Assembly: GCA_964405015.1 (NCBI GenBank) | Contig: CAYOME010000002.1 | Coordinates: 68,174 to 132,173 of the forward strand | Origin: an uncultured Candidatus Saccharibacteria bacterium | GTDB lineage: Bacteria; Patescibacteriota; Dojkabacteria; SC72 | DNA length: 64,000 nucleotides | Direction of reading: 5' to 3' | Shown here: piece by piece, positions 8,539 to 18,425 of the stretch | How the letters are laid out: every line of letters begins with the position of its first letter | Numbering within the stretch: the stretch's first letter is position 1 | The notes under the pieces: model-generated | What the model saw: only the letters and a program-made list of their open reading frames with translations | Database searches by the model: none | What the model was told of the DNA's origin: nothing | Program-made: the position numbers and the translations under genes

Positions 8539-10709
8539 TTTTTGATATTGCAGTAATTACAGTACTATTCGTGATAGTAATAGATATTGTATTTTTGTTT
8601 CTTTTCCTTTTTGATAAAAAATTCGCAAAGATTAGGAAATTCTCTTTGGTAATATTCTCTGTAATTCTTTGGGGTGTTACTCAAATATTGGTATATATTT
8701 CTAGGGACTTAGAATATAGCTTGCTTTACGCTAAAATAGGTTATGTAACGGTATTGCTACTGGTAATATCCTTTTATTTTTTTACTGCTTCTCTAACAAA
8801 CCTTCGTTTAAAGATTGGTCCAATTATTTTTAGTGTAATATTTTTCGTTCTTAATCTCTTTACTCCTTTTTTAGTTTCTAAAGCTGAACTGATTGATGGG
8901 AAATATATAGTATTTACAAATACTGCTATTGGTCAGATTGTATTTTTATTATTAATTTTTTATTTTATCTCTGTAATATTGATATCTTTGCATAGATATT
9001 TTTATTTAGAGAGTAAAAAATTAAATGAGAAGTTTGCGATTCTTTTCCTTATCGTTTCAATTGTATTAAGTGCTTTTTTGATAATCATATTTAACATCGT
9101 TATTCCGACCTTTATTAGCGGTAATCAGATGATGTTTCCATTAATTGGATTCAATTCATCCTTAGTATTCACTTTAGCATCTGTTTATGTTTTCTCAAGA
9201 GAGTCATATTTCGGTTTCCGTTTTATTTTCTTCAAAGCTGTTATCGGTGTTGTATTAGTAGTTTTTGCATTTATTTTCGAGATGTTAATTATGTTATTAA
9301 CTAGTTCTAAGGCAAATTTGGGGGATATTAATATATTCTTAAAACTTCTTTTTATTAATATCATTTATTCAATTGTATTTTCATATGGGATATTTACTTT
9401 GATACCGAAGTACAGGAAAGCGTTTGTTAATAGGGGGATTGAACCTGATGAATATATTATGGAATTAGAGAATGAATTGATTCCTGTTAATACGATAAAT
9501 AGGGCATTGTTTACGGTTGAGAGGCATATGGAAAAGTATTTTGATATTTCTGATGTTTTCTGGATTACTCCTACAAGTGATGGTATATCAAACAAAGAAG
9601 AAATAGATTTGTTTGATAAATTTAAGGATATTAAATCTGATCCTGAAGAGCTTATTGTCGTTAGGGATACTAAGCTACGTGATGATAGTGTATTAGACAG
9701 GATGGGTGCTAATATTATTATGCCTGTGCAAACGGGGGATAAATTGTTTGGTTTTTTTGTACTGTCTACTGATAAGTCTAGACTTTTTTATGAGGAAGAG
9801 TTGAGAATTCTTAAAAAGCTTATGATTTTTATTGTTTCCTCGTTTATTAGAATTTCGCTATATACAGAAATTGAGGTATTTAATCAGACTTTAAAGCATA
9901 AGGTAAATGAACAAACAAAAGAATTACAGGTAAAGATTAAAGAATTAGAAGAGGCTAGAAAGAAAGAAGCAGATATGATTGATATCATGGGTCATGAATT
10001 AAGAACTCCTGCTACTGTAGTTAAACTTAATGCTGAGTTGTTAGAGAAATTTGTAGGTAGTAATCCTGCAGATTTTAAGAAATATTTGGATAGGATTAAA
10101 GATTCTGTACAAACAGAAATTGGATTAATAAATACACTACTTACTTCTGCTAAGTTGGAAGGTGATAAGGTTGAGATACAGGCAGGTAAGGTAGATATAA
10201 AGGCAGAAATAGATATGGCTTTGCATGGTCATGAGGTTGATTTAAAAGAGAAGGGGTTAGAGTTTGTAAATAGGGTAGATACAAATACTCCAGAAGTATA
10301 TGCAGATAAGGTAAGGGTAGTTGAGGTATTAAATAACTTAGTGAGTAACGGTATCAAGTATACAGAAAAGGGTAGTATTACAATCACTACGGAGTATGAT
10401 GACAAGTTTGTAAAGATATCGATACAAGATACAGGTAAGGGTATACCTAAAGAGAATTTAGAAAAGCTTGGTGGTAAGTTCTATAGAATTGACAATTATC
10501 TTGGTTCTGAAATTGTTAGACCAGGTGGTACTGGTTTAGGTTTGTATGTTACCTTTGGTTTAGTAAAGTTAATGGGTGGTGATATATGGGTAGAGAGCGA
10601 AGTAGGGAAGGGTAGTAAATTTACATTTACCTTACCTATATACAATGGTCAGGTTATTAAATCTTCTGATTCTAGTAACATGTTTGAAAAACTAGGATTA
10701 AAGAAATAG
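8535..10709 (+). CDS. Multi-pass membrane sensor histidine kinase (7TM-type N-terminus, GAF-like, HisKA, HATPase)
   Basis: About 9 hydrophobic segments, then MGHELRTP H-box, NNLVSNGIKYT N-box, DTGKGI G1 and GTGLGL G2. Confidence 0.93.
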   Translation: MIFDIAVITVLFVIVIDIVFLFLFLFDKKFAKIRKFSLVIFSVILWGVTQILVYISRDLEYSLLYAKIGYVTVLLLVISFYFFTASLTNLRLKIGPIIFSVIFFVLNLFTPFLVSKAELIDGKYIVFTNTAIGQIVFLLLIFYFISVILISLHRYFYLESKKLNEKFAILFLIVSIVLSAFLIIIFNIVIPTFISGNQMMFPLIGFNSSLVFTLASVYVFSRESYFGFRFIFFKAVIGVVLVVFAFIFEMLIMLLTSSKANLGDINIFLKLLFINIIYSIVFSYGIFTLIPKYRKAFVNRGIEPDEYIMELENELIPVNTINRALFTVERHMEKYFDISDVFWITPTSDGISNKEEIDLFDKFKDIKSDPEELIVVRDTKLRDDSVLDRMGANIIMPVQTGDKLFGFFVLSTDKSRLFYEEELRILKKLMIFIVSSFIRISLYTEIEVFNQTLKHKVNEQTKELQVKIKELEEARKKEADMIDIMGHELRTPATVVKLNAELLEKFVGSNPADFKKYLDRIKDSVQTEIGLINTLLTSAKLEGDKVEIQAGKVDIKAEIDMALHGHEVDLKEKGLEFVNRVDTNTPEVYADKVRVVEVLNNLVSNGIKYTEKGSITITTEYDDKFVKISIQDTGKGIPKENLEKLGGKFYRIDNYLGSEIVRPGGTGLGLYVTFGLVKLMGGDIWVESEVGKGSKFTFTLPIYNGQVIKSSDSSNMFEKLGLKK

Positions 10710-10719
10710 AATTGGGGAA
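10684..10719 (+). repeat. 36-bp direct repeat copy 1 (kinase 3' end)
   Basis: TTGAAAAACTAGGATTAAAGAAATAGAATTGGGGAA, 35/36 identical to 11023-11058. Confidence 0.95.
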
Positions 10720-10763
10720 AGTATATTATACGATAGATACTTTTATTTTTAATCATTCTTTGT

Positions 10764-11012
10764 ATGAAGTTTGATGTTTCGATCGGAGACCAAAAGGATA
10801 GTAAAAATTATGAAATTGAGTTTTTTGTAAAAGCCACTCAGGAAGCTTCAGATAAGGATAGGGAAAAGATATATAAAATAATCCGTATTATTGACTCTCT
10901 TGGAGATGATACTGTAGACGAAACTAGTGATAAAGATTATCGATTCCAAACAGATCAAGATGAAGGTATCGATTTGTTAAATGGTGTTCTAGAAGAGAAT
11001 TTGTCACAATAG
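10764..11012 (+). CDS. Hypothetical acidic protein (82 aa)
   Basis: ORF with plausible codon usage lying between the two direct repeats. Confidence 0.55.
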   Translation: MKFDVSIGDQKDSKNYEIEFFVKATQEASDKDREKIYKIIRIIDSLGDDTVDETSDKDYRFQTDQDEGIDLLNGVLEENLSQ

Positions 11013-11022
11013 GATTTTTCAA

Positions 11023-11058
11023 TTGAAAAGCTAGGATTAAAGAAATAGAATTGGGGAA
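11023..11058 (+). repeat. 36-bp direct repeat copy 2
   Basis: TTGAAAAGCTAGGATTAAAGAAATAGAATTGGGGAA. Its last base is the A of the flippase ATG. Confidence 0.95.
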
Positions 11059-12335
11059 TGAATATTAAGGAGATATTAGTAAGTAAGTATAATAATAACA
11101 AGGAGTTGTCCTCATCCTTTCTATGGAGATTACTTCAAGTAATCAGTAAACAAGGTTCTAGTGCATTGATGTTTTTCATTGCTACTTTTTTTCTTTCTAA
11201 GCAAGAGATGGGTATATACAATTACATATCTTCTGCATTATTTCTGTTGGTTGCTTTTTCTGACTTTGGTATCTCTACTGCAACTTCTAAGTATGTAGCT
11301 CAATACAATACCTCACAGAAAGAGAAGGTGAATAGGGTATTATTTAATTCTGGATTAATAATTTTTCTTGTATCGATAGTAGTAATATTTTTTATGGTTA
11401 TCTTTGCAAAAAGATTACTTCCTGATTACTATTCATATCTCTACTATTCCTTATCTTTTGTATTAATATATCCTTTTACTTCTTTAATTGATGGAATATA
11501 TAGGGGTTTAAAGAGGTTTAAGATATTAGCTATTGTATCTATATTAAATGGATTCTTAGGTGTTCTGTTTTCATATTTCTTTGTAACTAATTGGGGATTG
11601 ATAGGGGCATTGTTAACTCAGGTATGTTTCTTTTCTACATATGTAATAGTTTTATTGGTATTAAACAAGAATATAGAATTTAAAGTAGATAAGGGAATAC
11701 TTAAGGATATTGCTAGTTATTCTGTATATTTTGGAATTGCTTCTGTAGGATATTTCCTTATATCAAAAGTAAATATCATTATCTTGGGTAATTACAATTT
11801 ACTTGAGGAGATTGCTGTATATGAGTTATTAAACAAAATATATATCATATATCTAATCCCGTTATCTGTATTAGGGCAGGTATTAGCTCCTAATATTGTG
11901 GAGATATTTACACTTAAGCAGTATACAAAGGTCATATCTCTATTTAAAAAAGTATTAGTATATTCTCTTGGATTAACAATATTGTTCATCCCTTTGTCCA
12001 TTTTGTTAACAAATATTGTGTTGCATATATTCTTCCCTGGTTATGTAAATGAAGTATTGTATGCATTACTTTTACCTGTTACTTTGACATTTGCGAAAGC
12101 TATTCCTGTTGTAGTTATCAATACCTCGATGATTACTTCTACTGGTCATGCAAGATATATGGCTGTAGAAAATGTAATAGTAGGGATTTTGAATGTTCTT
12201 TTAAATATATTTGTTGTAAGGATATATGGATATGTAGGTGTAGTATGGGTGACCATGGTATTACAAACTCTCTCTATGTCTATTTTGTATGTTGTATATT
12301 ACTTCGCTCTTCTTAAAAAGAGTAAAGGAGTGTAA
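11058..12335 (+). CDS. Oligosaccharide flippase (Wzx/MOP family)
   Basis: About 12 TM segments, FSDFGISTATSKYVA motif, polysaccharide locus context. Confidence 0.85.
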   Translation: MNIKEILVSKYNNNKELSSSFLWRLLQVISKQGSSALMFFIATFFLSKQEMGIYNYISSALFLLVAFSDFGISTATSKYVAQYNTSQKEKVNRVLFNSGLIIFLVSIVVIFFMVIFAKRLLPDYYSYLYYSLSFVLIYPFTSLIDGIYRGLKRFKILAIVSILNGFLGVLFSYFFVTNWGLIGALLTQVCFFSTYVIVLLVLNKNIEFKVDKGILKDIASYSVYFGIASVGYFLISKVNIIILGNYNLLEEIAVYELLNKIYIIYLIPLSVLGQVLAPNIVEIFTLKQYTKVISLFKKVLVYSLGLTILFIPLSILLTNIVLHIFFPGYVNEVLYALLLPVTLTFAKAIPVVVINTSMITSTGHARYMAVENVIVGILNVLLNIFVVRIYGYVGVVWVTMVLQTLSMSILYVVYYFALLKKSKGV

Positions 12336-12344
12336 AATATATAT

Positions 12345-12824
12345 ATGGAAATATTAATATATATATTAGTAGGTTTACTTTTTTTAGGTGGTATATTACT
12401 TACGGTATTTACCCTACCTGGCGTATGGTTGGTATATATTGGAGTTTTACTTCTTGCTACACTTGATAGCTTTACGGTTATTACTCCTACTCTTTTAGTT
12501 ATTCTTTTCTTACTTTCTCTTCTTTCTACCTTTGTTGACAATATTGTAATTGCTTTGGGTGCTAAGAAATTAGGTGGTTCTAACTGGGGTATGTTTGGTG
12601 CAATTGTAGGAGGTCTAGTTGGTATGATTATCGGTAGTTTTGTAGGTATGTTACTTGGTCCTTTGCTAGGAGCTACAATATTTGAGATTGTATTTGCTAA
12701 AAAAGAACTTAAAGAGGGATTTAAAGCTGGTATTGGTTCTTTTATTGGAGTCTTTGTAAGTATATTGCTTAGGTTTGTTTTTACTGTTGGTATGGCAGTA
12801 TATGCTCTAACGGTTGTGTTCTAA
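12345..12824 (+). CDS. DUF456 family membrane protein
   Basis: LPGVWL, GAKKLGGSNWGMFGAIVGGLVG and GPLLGA motifs. Confidence 0.85.
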   Translation: MEILIYILVGLLFLGGILLTVFTLPGVWLVYIGVLLLATLDSFTVITPTLLVILFLLSLLSTFVDNIVIALGAKKLGGSNWGMFGAIVGGLVGMIIGSFVGMLLGPLLGATIFEIVFAKKELKEGFKAGIGSFIGVFVSILLRFVFTVGMAVYALTVVF

Positions 12825-13386
12825 GGTATATTTTTAATAGCCTTTCATCTTCCAAAGATACTATATATTTACCTCCTACTGAGATATTTTTGTAATTGGA
12901 TATCTGCGGATATATTTTCTCCTTTTTCTCATATTCTTTAAATTCCCCGTCCTTTGTATCGAGGATATATATTTTTTGCTCTAAGAATGAGTAAGCACTT
13001 TTTAAAATTAAAGAATCTTTTTTACAAGATATTGGTATTACAGTGGGAAAGAGATCTTGTTGAAAAATCAATTCGTTTTTTGAATTGTAAACTGAGATTG
13101 AAGTACTAAACTCCTCTGGGGAGGATATCTCCCTATGAACATATTCACATCTTAATATTTCTTTGTCATATCCATATATACAATTTGTACAATCTTCTAA
13201 TTTGTTTCTTTGTCTTGATTCAAGGTTAAATATTTCTCCTTGGTTAGGATATGAGATTAATATGTTGTTTTGAGATATCCAATATATATTTACTGGGTTA
13301 CTCTCGATAGGCAATACATATACGAAGGTAGGGACTGAGTATGTATTAAAGAGGGTCACCAACGAAAGAAATATTTTGTTAAACAT
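12781..13386 (-). CDS. Hypothetical exported protein
   Basis: 201-aa ORF with hydrophobic N-terminus, directly downstream of the M23 gene. Confidence 0.6.
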   Translation of the reverse strand: MFNKIFLSLVTLFNTYSVPTFVYVLPIESNPVNIYWISQNNILISYPNQGEIFNLESRQRNKLEDCTNCIYGYDKEILRCEYVHREISSPEEFSTSISVYNSKNELIFQQDLFPTVIPISCKKDSLILKSAYSFLEQKIYILDTKDGEFKEYEKKEKIYPQISNYKNISVGGKYIVSLEDERLLKIYLRTQPLEHILPYQQ

Positions 13387-13397
13387 ATTTAAAGAAA

Positions 13398-14834
13398 TTA
13401 AAAATTAGGATGTGGATTGTCACCACTTAATCTGTCAGGATATACATCCTTTCCAATGGTATTGATCATATTCCAATCTATATTTATATATTCAACGGGG
13501 TTTACATGAGTTGATGAAGGTACATCCTTTCTTGTTTCAAAATGTAAGTGATATCCCAAATTCTGACAATTCCATTTTCCACTGTTTCCACTAACTCCAA
13601 GAAGTTGTCCTTTTAAAACTGGATCACCTTGCTTTACATTGTAATGGTCAAGGTGAAAGTAGGTTGAATACATTCCATTCGTATGTTTAACGATTACAAA
13701 ATTGCCTCCTTGTTTACATTCTCCTCCATATTTGTCATATCCTACTTGTATTACAGTACCATCTCCCACTGAGATTACTTTGTTTAGTCTTGCTCCAAAA
13801 TCTATCCCTTTGTGCGGACATTGATATTTTGTACACCCATGCCATTGTGTTACTCCAATATATCTATCTAATGGAAATGAGAATGGTTTTTCTTGTTTAG
13901 TAATTTTCTCTAAGGAAATATCCTTCTTGAAGGAATATTCGAAATCTATCCATGCTTTTTCTTTAAAAGAGATGTACATATTAAGCAATATTGAAGGTTT
14001 CTTTTGTTCTATGGTTTCCTTGGCTATTGATGAAATGGAGAAGGTATCTTTGTTAAAAGAAAAGCCTTTGTTTCTCAGTAAATTATTTTCAAGTAGGATA
14101 TTCCCTGAATATATTGGGTATATATCTGTATATATTTCTCCTGTTTTCTTTAATTTGCATTTACCCCATGTCTTAAAATCAAAGAGATTAAATGGCTCGC
14201 ATTGAAAGAGGAAGATATTTGAAGATATCTTCTCAGCATATTTTCCTTCCACTAGAATTGATGAATATCCTTCATTCTCTATATATTCTCCCCTCGAAAT
14301 TCCGAAACCAATATTACAATCTATATGTATTACTTCATATCTCTTTTTCTTAAGTAAGTGTATCTCACATTCCTTGGGTATTTCTTCGGATATTCCTAAT
14401 ACGGATTCTTGGATATTAGGCTTAGGTATAACTTCAACGGTTTCTTTCTTCTCTTCCTTTGGTTTTGAAATGGGTTCGGGTATTTCTTCTTTTACAATTA
14501 CCACAGGAATATCATTTGGTATTTCCTGCGGAGGTGGTAAAGGGGGTTCTTCTTCTGGAGGCTCTTCTTGTGGAGGAGGGTCAAGATATACCTGGAAGAA
14601 ACCCAAGTCTAAGGTCTTGTTTTTTCCACTATCAGGATCTACCAAGCATGTCGCATATCTGTAATATATTCCCTCTTTAGGAGCTATCCATATCTGTGAT
14701 GTTTCTCTCGTTGGAAATGTAGTATATACTACCTCTTGCTCTGATACATAAAGTATTGAGCAGAGAGCATTTTCAACAGGTGCTTCCCATTGTGAATATA
14801 CTTGTGCGTTGTAATATATTGGCATTTGATCCAT
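13398..14834 (-). CDS. M23 family metallopeptidase (C-terminal) with Pro/Glu-rich linker
   Basis: HKGIDFG, YFHL and HLHFE zinc motifs. Confidence 0.9.
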   Translation of the reverse strand: MDQMPIYYNAQVYSQWEAPVENALCSILYVSEQEVVYTTFPTRETSQIWIAPKEGIYYRYATCLVDPDSGKNKTLDLGFFQVYLDPPPQEEPPEEEPPLPPPQEIPNDIPVVIVKEEIPEPISKPKEEKKETVEVIPKPNIQESVLGISEEIPKECEIHLLKKKRYEVIHIDCNIGFGISRGEYIENEGYSSILVEGKYAEKISSNIFLFQCEPFNLFDFKTWGKCKLKKTGEIYTDIYPIYSGNILLENNLLRNKGFSFNKDTFSISSIAKETIEQKKPSILLNMYISFKEKAWIDFEYSFKKDISLEKITKQEKPFSFPLDRYIGVTQWHGCTKYQCPHKGIDFGARLNKVISVGDGTVIQVGYDKYGGECKQGGNFVIVKHTNGMYSTYFHLDHYNVKQGDPVLKGQLLGVSGNSGKWNCQNLGYHLHFETRKDVPSSTHVNPVEYINIDWNMINTIGKDVYPDRLSGDNPHPNF

Positions 14835-14917
14835 GTATATATTGTTTCAAAAAGAAATGAACTAATCTTTAAATATTTGATTTGTACTAAAGTGAAATAT
14901 TGATATAATCGAGAGCG

Positions 14918-17854
14918 ATGCTAAAAATACTAGAAGGTCTTTTTGACTCAAACGAAAAACAATTAAAGAAAATTCAATTGATAGTTGATAGGGTAAGTGA
15001 ATATGAGGAAGAGATAGAGAAGCTCTCTGATGAAGAGTTACGTTCAAAGACTCAGGACTTTAGAAATATCCTTAATGTTAATTTGGAGAATGCAAGAAAA
15101 GAGTTTAATCTCCTTAATAGGGAGGAATTAAAAAGAAGGTTGGATGAGGAAAAGGGTGTGTTAAGAGAGATATTACCTGAGGCTTTTGCAGTCATTAGGG
15201 AAGCTTCAAAGAGGGTTGCGAATCACAGGCATTTTGATGTTCAAGTTATGGCTGGATATGTGCTGTTTGATAACAAGGTGGCAGAGTTGTTTACAGGTGA
15301 AGGTAAGACATTGGCTGCTAATATGCCTTTGTATTTGTATGCATTAACAGGTAGAGGTGCACACTTGGTTACTGTAAATGATTACTTAGCAAGAAGAGAT
15401 GCAGAATGGAATGGTCATATATTTAATAGCTTGGGGATGAGTGTTGCTGCTATTAACTCTGGTACTCAATATCGATATATTACAGATGAGGAAGTTTTAA
15501 AGATTAAGGGTGATGAGGGTAAGAAGTTAATTGCAGAAAGAGAAAAGAAAGCTAAAGATGCAGGTAGGCTTAAATATGATCATATGAGTGGGGTTAATCT
15601 CATTGAATGTAGTAAGAAAGAGGCATATGCATGTGATGTTGTATATGGTACGAACAATGAATATGGTTTTGATTACTTAAGGGACAATATGGTTTCTAGT
15701 TTGGATGAACGTGTTCAAGGTCCTAGATATTTCGCTATCGTTGATGAGGCTGACTCTATCTTAATTGATGAGGCTAGAACACCTTTAATCATTTCTACTA
15801 GTGCTCAAGCTTCTAATGATATGTACAAGCAATTTGCAAATATTGTTACGGCTTTGCAAAAGGAAAGACACTATACCGTAGATGAAAAGAGTAATTCTGT
15901 ATCTTTAAACGATGAGGGTATTGATGCTGTAGAAAAGGCTTTGAAGGTAAAAAATATATATGAGAATGCACAATTGGCATATCATTTAGACAATGCTTTG
16001 AAAGCAAAAGAGCTCTACAAATTGGATGATGAATATATGATTAAGGATGGTGAGGTATTAATAGTTGATGAATTTACTGGTAGAGCTTTACCTGGGAGAA
16101 GATATAGTGAGGGTTTACACCAAGCTATCGAAGCCAAAGAAGGTGTAGAGGTAAAAAGAGAGAGTAGAACAATGGCAACAATTACTTTACAGAACTACTT
16201 TAGATTGTACTCATATCTTTCTGGTATGACAGGGACTGCATTAACTGAGGCTGAAGAATTCTCCTCTATCTACAAACTCGATACTATTGTTGTTCCTACT
16301 AACAGACCTGTTGTAAGAAAGGATTACAATGATGTTGTTTACAGAACTATGATGGGTAAGTTCCAAGCTATTGTTGAAGATATTAAAGAACACAACGCTA
16401 AGGGTCAACCAGTGTTAGTAGGTACTACATCAGTAGAGAAGTCTGAGGCCCTCTCTATGCTTCTTTCTAAAGAAGGGGTTGCCCATGAAGTCTTAAATGC
16501 TAAATACCATGAGAGAGAGGCTAAGATCGTCTCAGAAGCAGGTCAAAAGGGTGCGGTTACAATTGCAACTAATATGGCTGGTAGAGGTACAGATATCGCA
16601 CTGGGAGATGGAGTTAAGGAAGCTGGTGGTTTGTATATCATTGGTTCTGAACGACATGAATCTAGAAGAATTGATAACCAGTTGAGAGGTAGAGCCGGTA
16701 GACAGGGAGATCCTGGAGAGTCAAAATTCTTCGTATCTTTCGAAGATGAACTAATGAGACTCTTTGGTGGAGAAAGAATGCAAATGATCATGACTCAGGC
16801 CGGTATGGAAGATGATATGCCAATATCAATGGGTATATTGGGTCGAACTATAGAGAATGCTCAAAAGAAGGTAGAATCTCACAACTATGATAGCCGAAAA
16901 AGACTTGTTGAATATGATGATGTATTAAATCAGCAAAGAAATATCATATATGATCTTAGAACTAAAATACTTGAGATATCCGGAGGGTTAAAGAATGTAA
17001 AAGATATCTCTTTAAAGGATGATCTTAAATTTGTATTAGGTTTGGATATTGAAAGACTTCAAGATGAACTCGACGGTTTTGGATTGACTAGAAGAGATTC
17101 TTGGAATATTGATATGCTTAATGGTTTGAAATTTTCTTTAAATCCATTAGATATTTCAATATTGAAGAAAGTCTTGGACTATGTAGATATGCTTGTTGAG
17201 TCTCAACTTAAAGATGATATGGAGATAGATAATGTGGAGGAGAGGAATTTGTATATGCAGATTAAAAATCTTCTTACAGAGGAATTGTTTGAAAAGAGTG
17301 TAAAAGATCTTTCATACAAGGATAGTGTAGAGTACTTTAGATCTTTAGATGGTATGAATATGGTAGAGATATCTAAAGAGCTTAAGAGATTGGTTGTAGT
17401 CGGATATATTGAGCATATATATGGTATTGGAGTAGAGCCTATGAGAGAACTTTCTAAGGTCTTAATACTTCAAGGTATTGATAGATTCTGGATGGAGCAT
17501 TTGGATAATATGCAAGATTTAAGAGAGGGTATATCTTTGCGTAATTTAGCACAGAGAGATCCATTAGTAGAATACAAGAATGAAGGTTTCAGATTGTTTG
17601 ATACTATGCTTGCTAGTATTGATGAAAATACTGTAAACAGATTCTTCAAGGTACGTGTTGTAAGAAACACATCTCCATTGTCTGCTCCAATTCAAGCTAA
17701 CAAAGAGGAAGTGAAGAGTATCTCTGATTCTAGACCTGGAAATGTTAGTAAGCAAAAGACTGTTAAAAAAAATCCTAAGGTTGGTAGGAATGATCCATGC
17801 CCATGTGGTAGTGGAAAAAAGTACAAGAAATGCTGTTATCCTAAGTTTGAATAG
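14918..17854 (+). CDS. secA: Preprotein translocase subunit SecA
   Basis: TGEGKTL, IVDEADSILIDEARTPLIIS, ATNMAGRGTDI, QLRGRAGRQGDPG and C-terminal GRNDPCPCGSGKKYKKCC. Confidence 0.99.
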   Translation: MLKILEGLFDSNEKQLKKIQLIVDRVSEYEEEIEKLSDEELRSKTQDFRNILNVNLENARKEFNLLNREELKRRLDEEKGVLREILPEAFAVIREASKRVANHRHFDVQVMAGYVLFDNKVAELFTGEGKTLAANMPLYLYALTGRGAHLVTVNDYLARRDAEWNGHIFNSLGMSVAAINSGTQYRYITDEEVLKIKGDEGKKLIAEREKKAKDAGRLKYDHMSGVNLIECSKKEAYACDVVYGTNNEYGFDYLRDNMVSSLDERVQGPRYFAIVDEADSILIDEARTPLIISTSAQASNDMYKQFANIVTALQKERHYTVDEKSNSVSLNDEGIDAVEKALKVKNIYENAQLAYHLDNALKAKELYKLDDEYMIKDGEVLIVDEFTGRALPGRRYSEGLHQAIEAKEGVEVKRESRTMATITLQNYFRLYSYLSGMTGTALTEAEEFSSIYKLDTIVVPTNRPVVRKDYNDVVYRTMMGKFQAIVEDIKEHNAKGQPVLVGTTSVEKSEALSMLLSKEGVAHEVLNAKYHEREAKIVSEAGQKGAVTIATNMAGRGTDIALGDGVKEAGGLYIIGSERHESRRIDNQLRGRAGRQGDPGESKFFVSFEDELMRLFGGERMQMIMTQAGMEDDMPISMGILGRTIENAQKKVESHNYDSRKRLVEYDDVLNQQRNIIYDLRTKILEISGGLKNVKDISLKDDLKFVLGLDIERLQDELDGFGLTRRDSWNIDMLNGLKFSLNPLDISILKKVLDYVDMLVESQLKDDMEIDNVEERNLYMQIKNLLTEELFEKSVKDLSYKDSVEYFRSLDGMNMVEISKELKRLVVVGYIEHIYGIGVEPMRELSKVLILQGIDRFWMEHLDNMQDLREGISLRNLAQRDPLVEYKNEGFRLFDTMLASIDENTVNRFFKVRVVRNTSPLSAPIQANKEEVKSISDSRPGNVSKQKTVKKNPKVGRNDPCPCGSGKKYKKCCYPKFE

Positions 17855-17930
17855 CTATTATTATGGGTTTCTTGACCTATATCTCTTAATTGTAATATCC
17901 TAGATTACGTAATCAGTTAAAGGTTGAAAT

Positions 17931-18425
17931 ATGTCAAAACTAGAAAATACAAAGAAGGTTGTTACTCAGAGGCAAAGTGTACATGTTGTTTTCTTCTCAT
18001 GTCCTGACTGTGGTGAAGAGACTGAACATATTCATTTCTGTCCAGATTGTTCTAAACCAATGAGGGTCATTGATGTTGTAGAAAAATTCGGAGATGAAGC
18101 AGATGAGTTCTTAAAAAAGATACAAGAGAAAGTAGAGAATGGTACTTTAAAGAAGGATGATTTCGTTAGTGTAGAAGAGGATGATGAACAACCAAATGTA
18201 ATTGTATTAACGGATGATGTTTCATTAGATGATGGTGCTTTAGTTGATGATGGTGTTGATACATTGGGAGATATCTTTCCCGATGATGATGAAGAAAAGG
18301 TTTCCTCCTCTGCCCCAGAGGGTCTTACTGATTTGGACGATATTGTCGCAGAATTAGATAAGGAAGAGGATGACGAATTCCCATTGGTTGATGATCTTGG
18401 GGATGAAGGTCTTCCAGAGCTTTAA
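17931..18425 (+). CDS. Zn-ribbon protein with very acidic C-terminal tail
   Basis: CPDC-x9-CPDC followed by an Asp/Glu-rich ~85-aa tail. Confidence 0.75.
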   Translation: MSKLENTKKVVTQRQSVHVVFFSCPDCGEETEHIHFCPDCSKPMRVIDVVEKFGDEADEFLKKIQEKVENGTLKKDDFVSVEEDDEQPNVIVLTDDVSLDDGALVDDGVDTLGDIFPDDDEEKVSSSAPEGLTDLDDIVAELDKEEDDEFPLVDDLGDEGLPEL

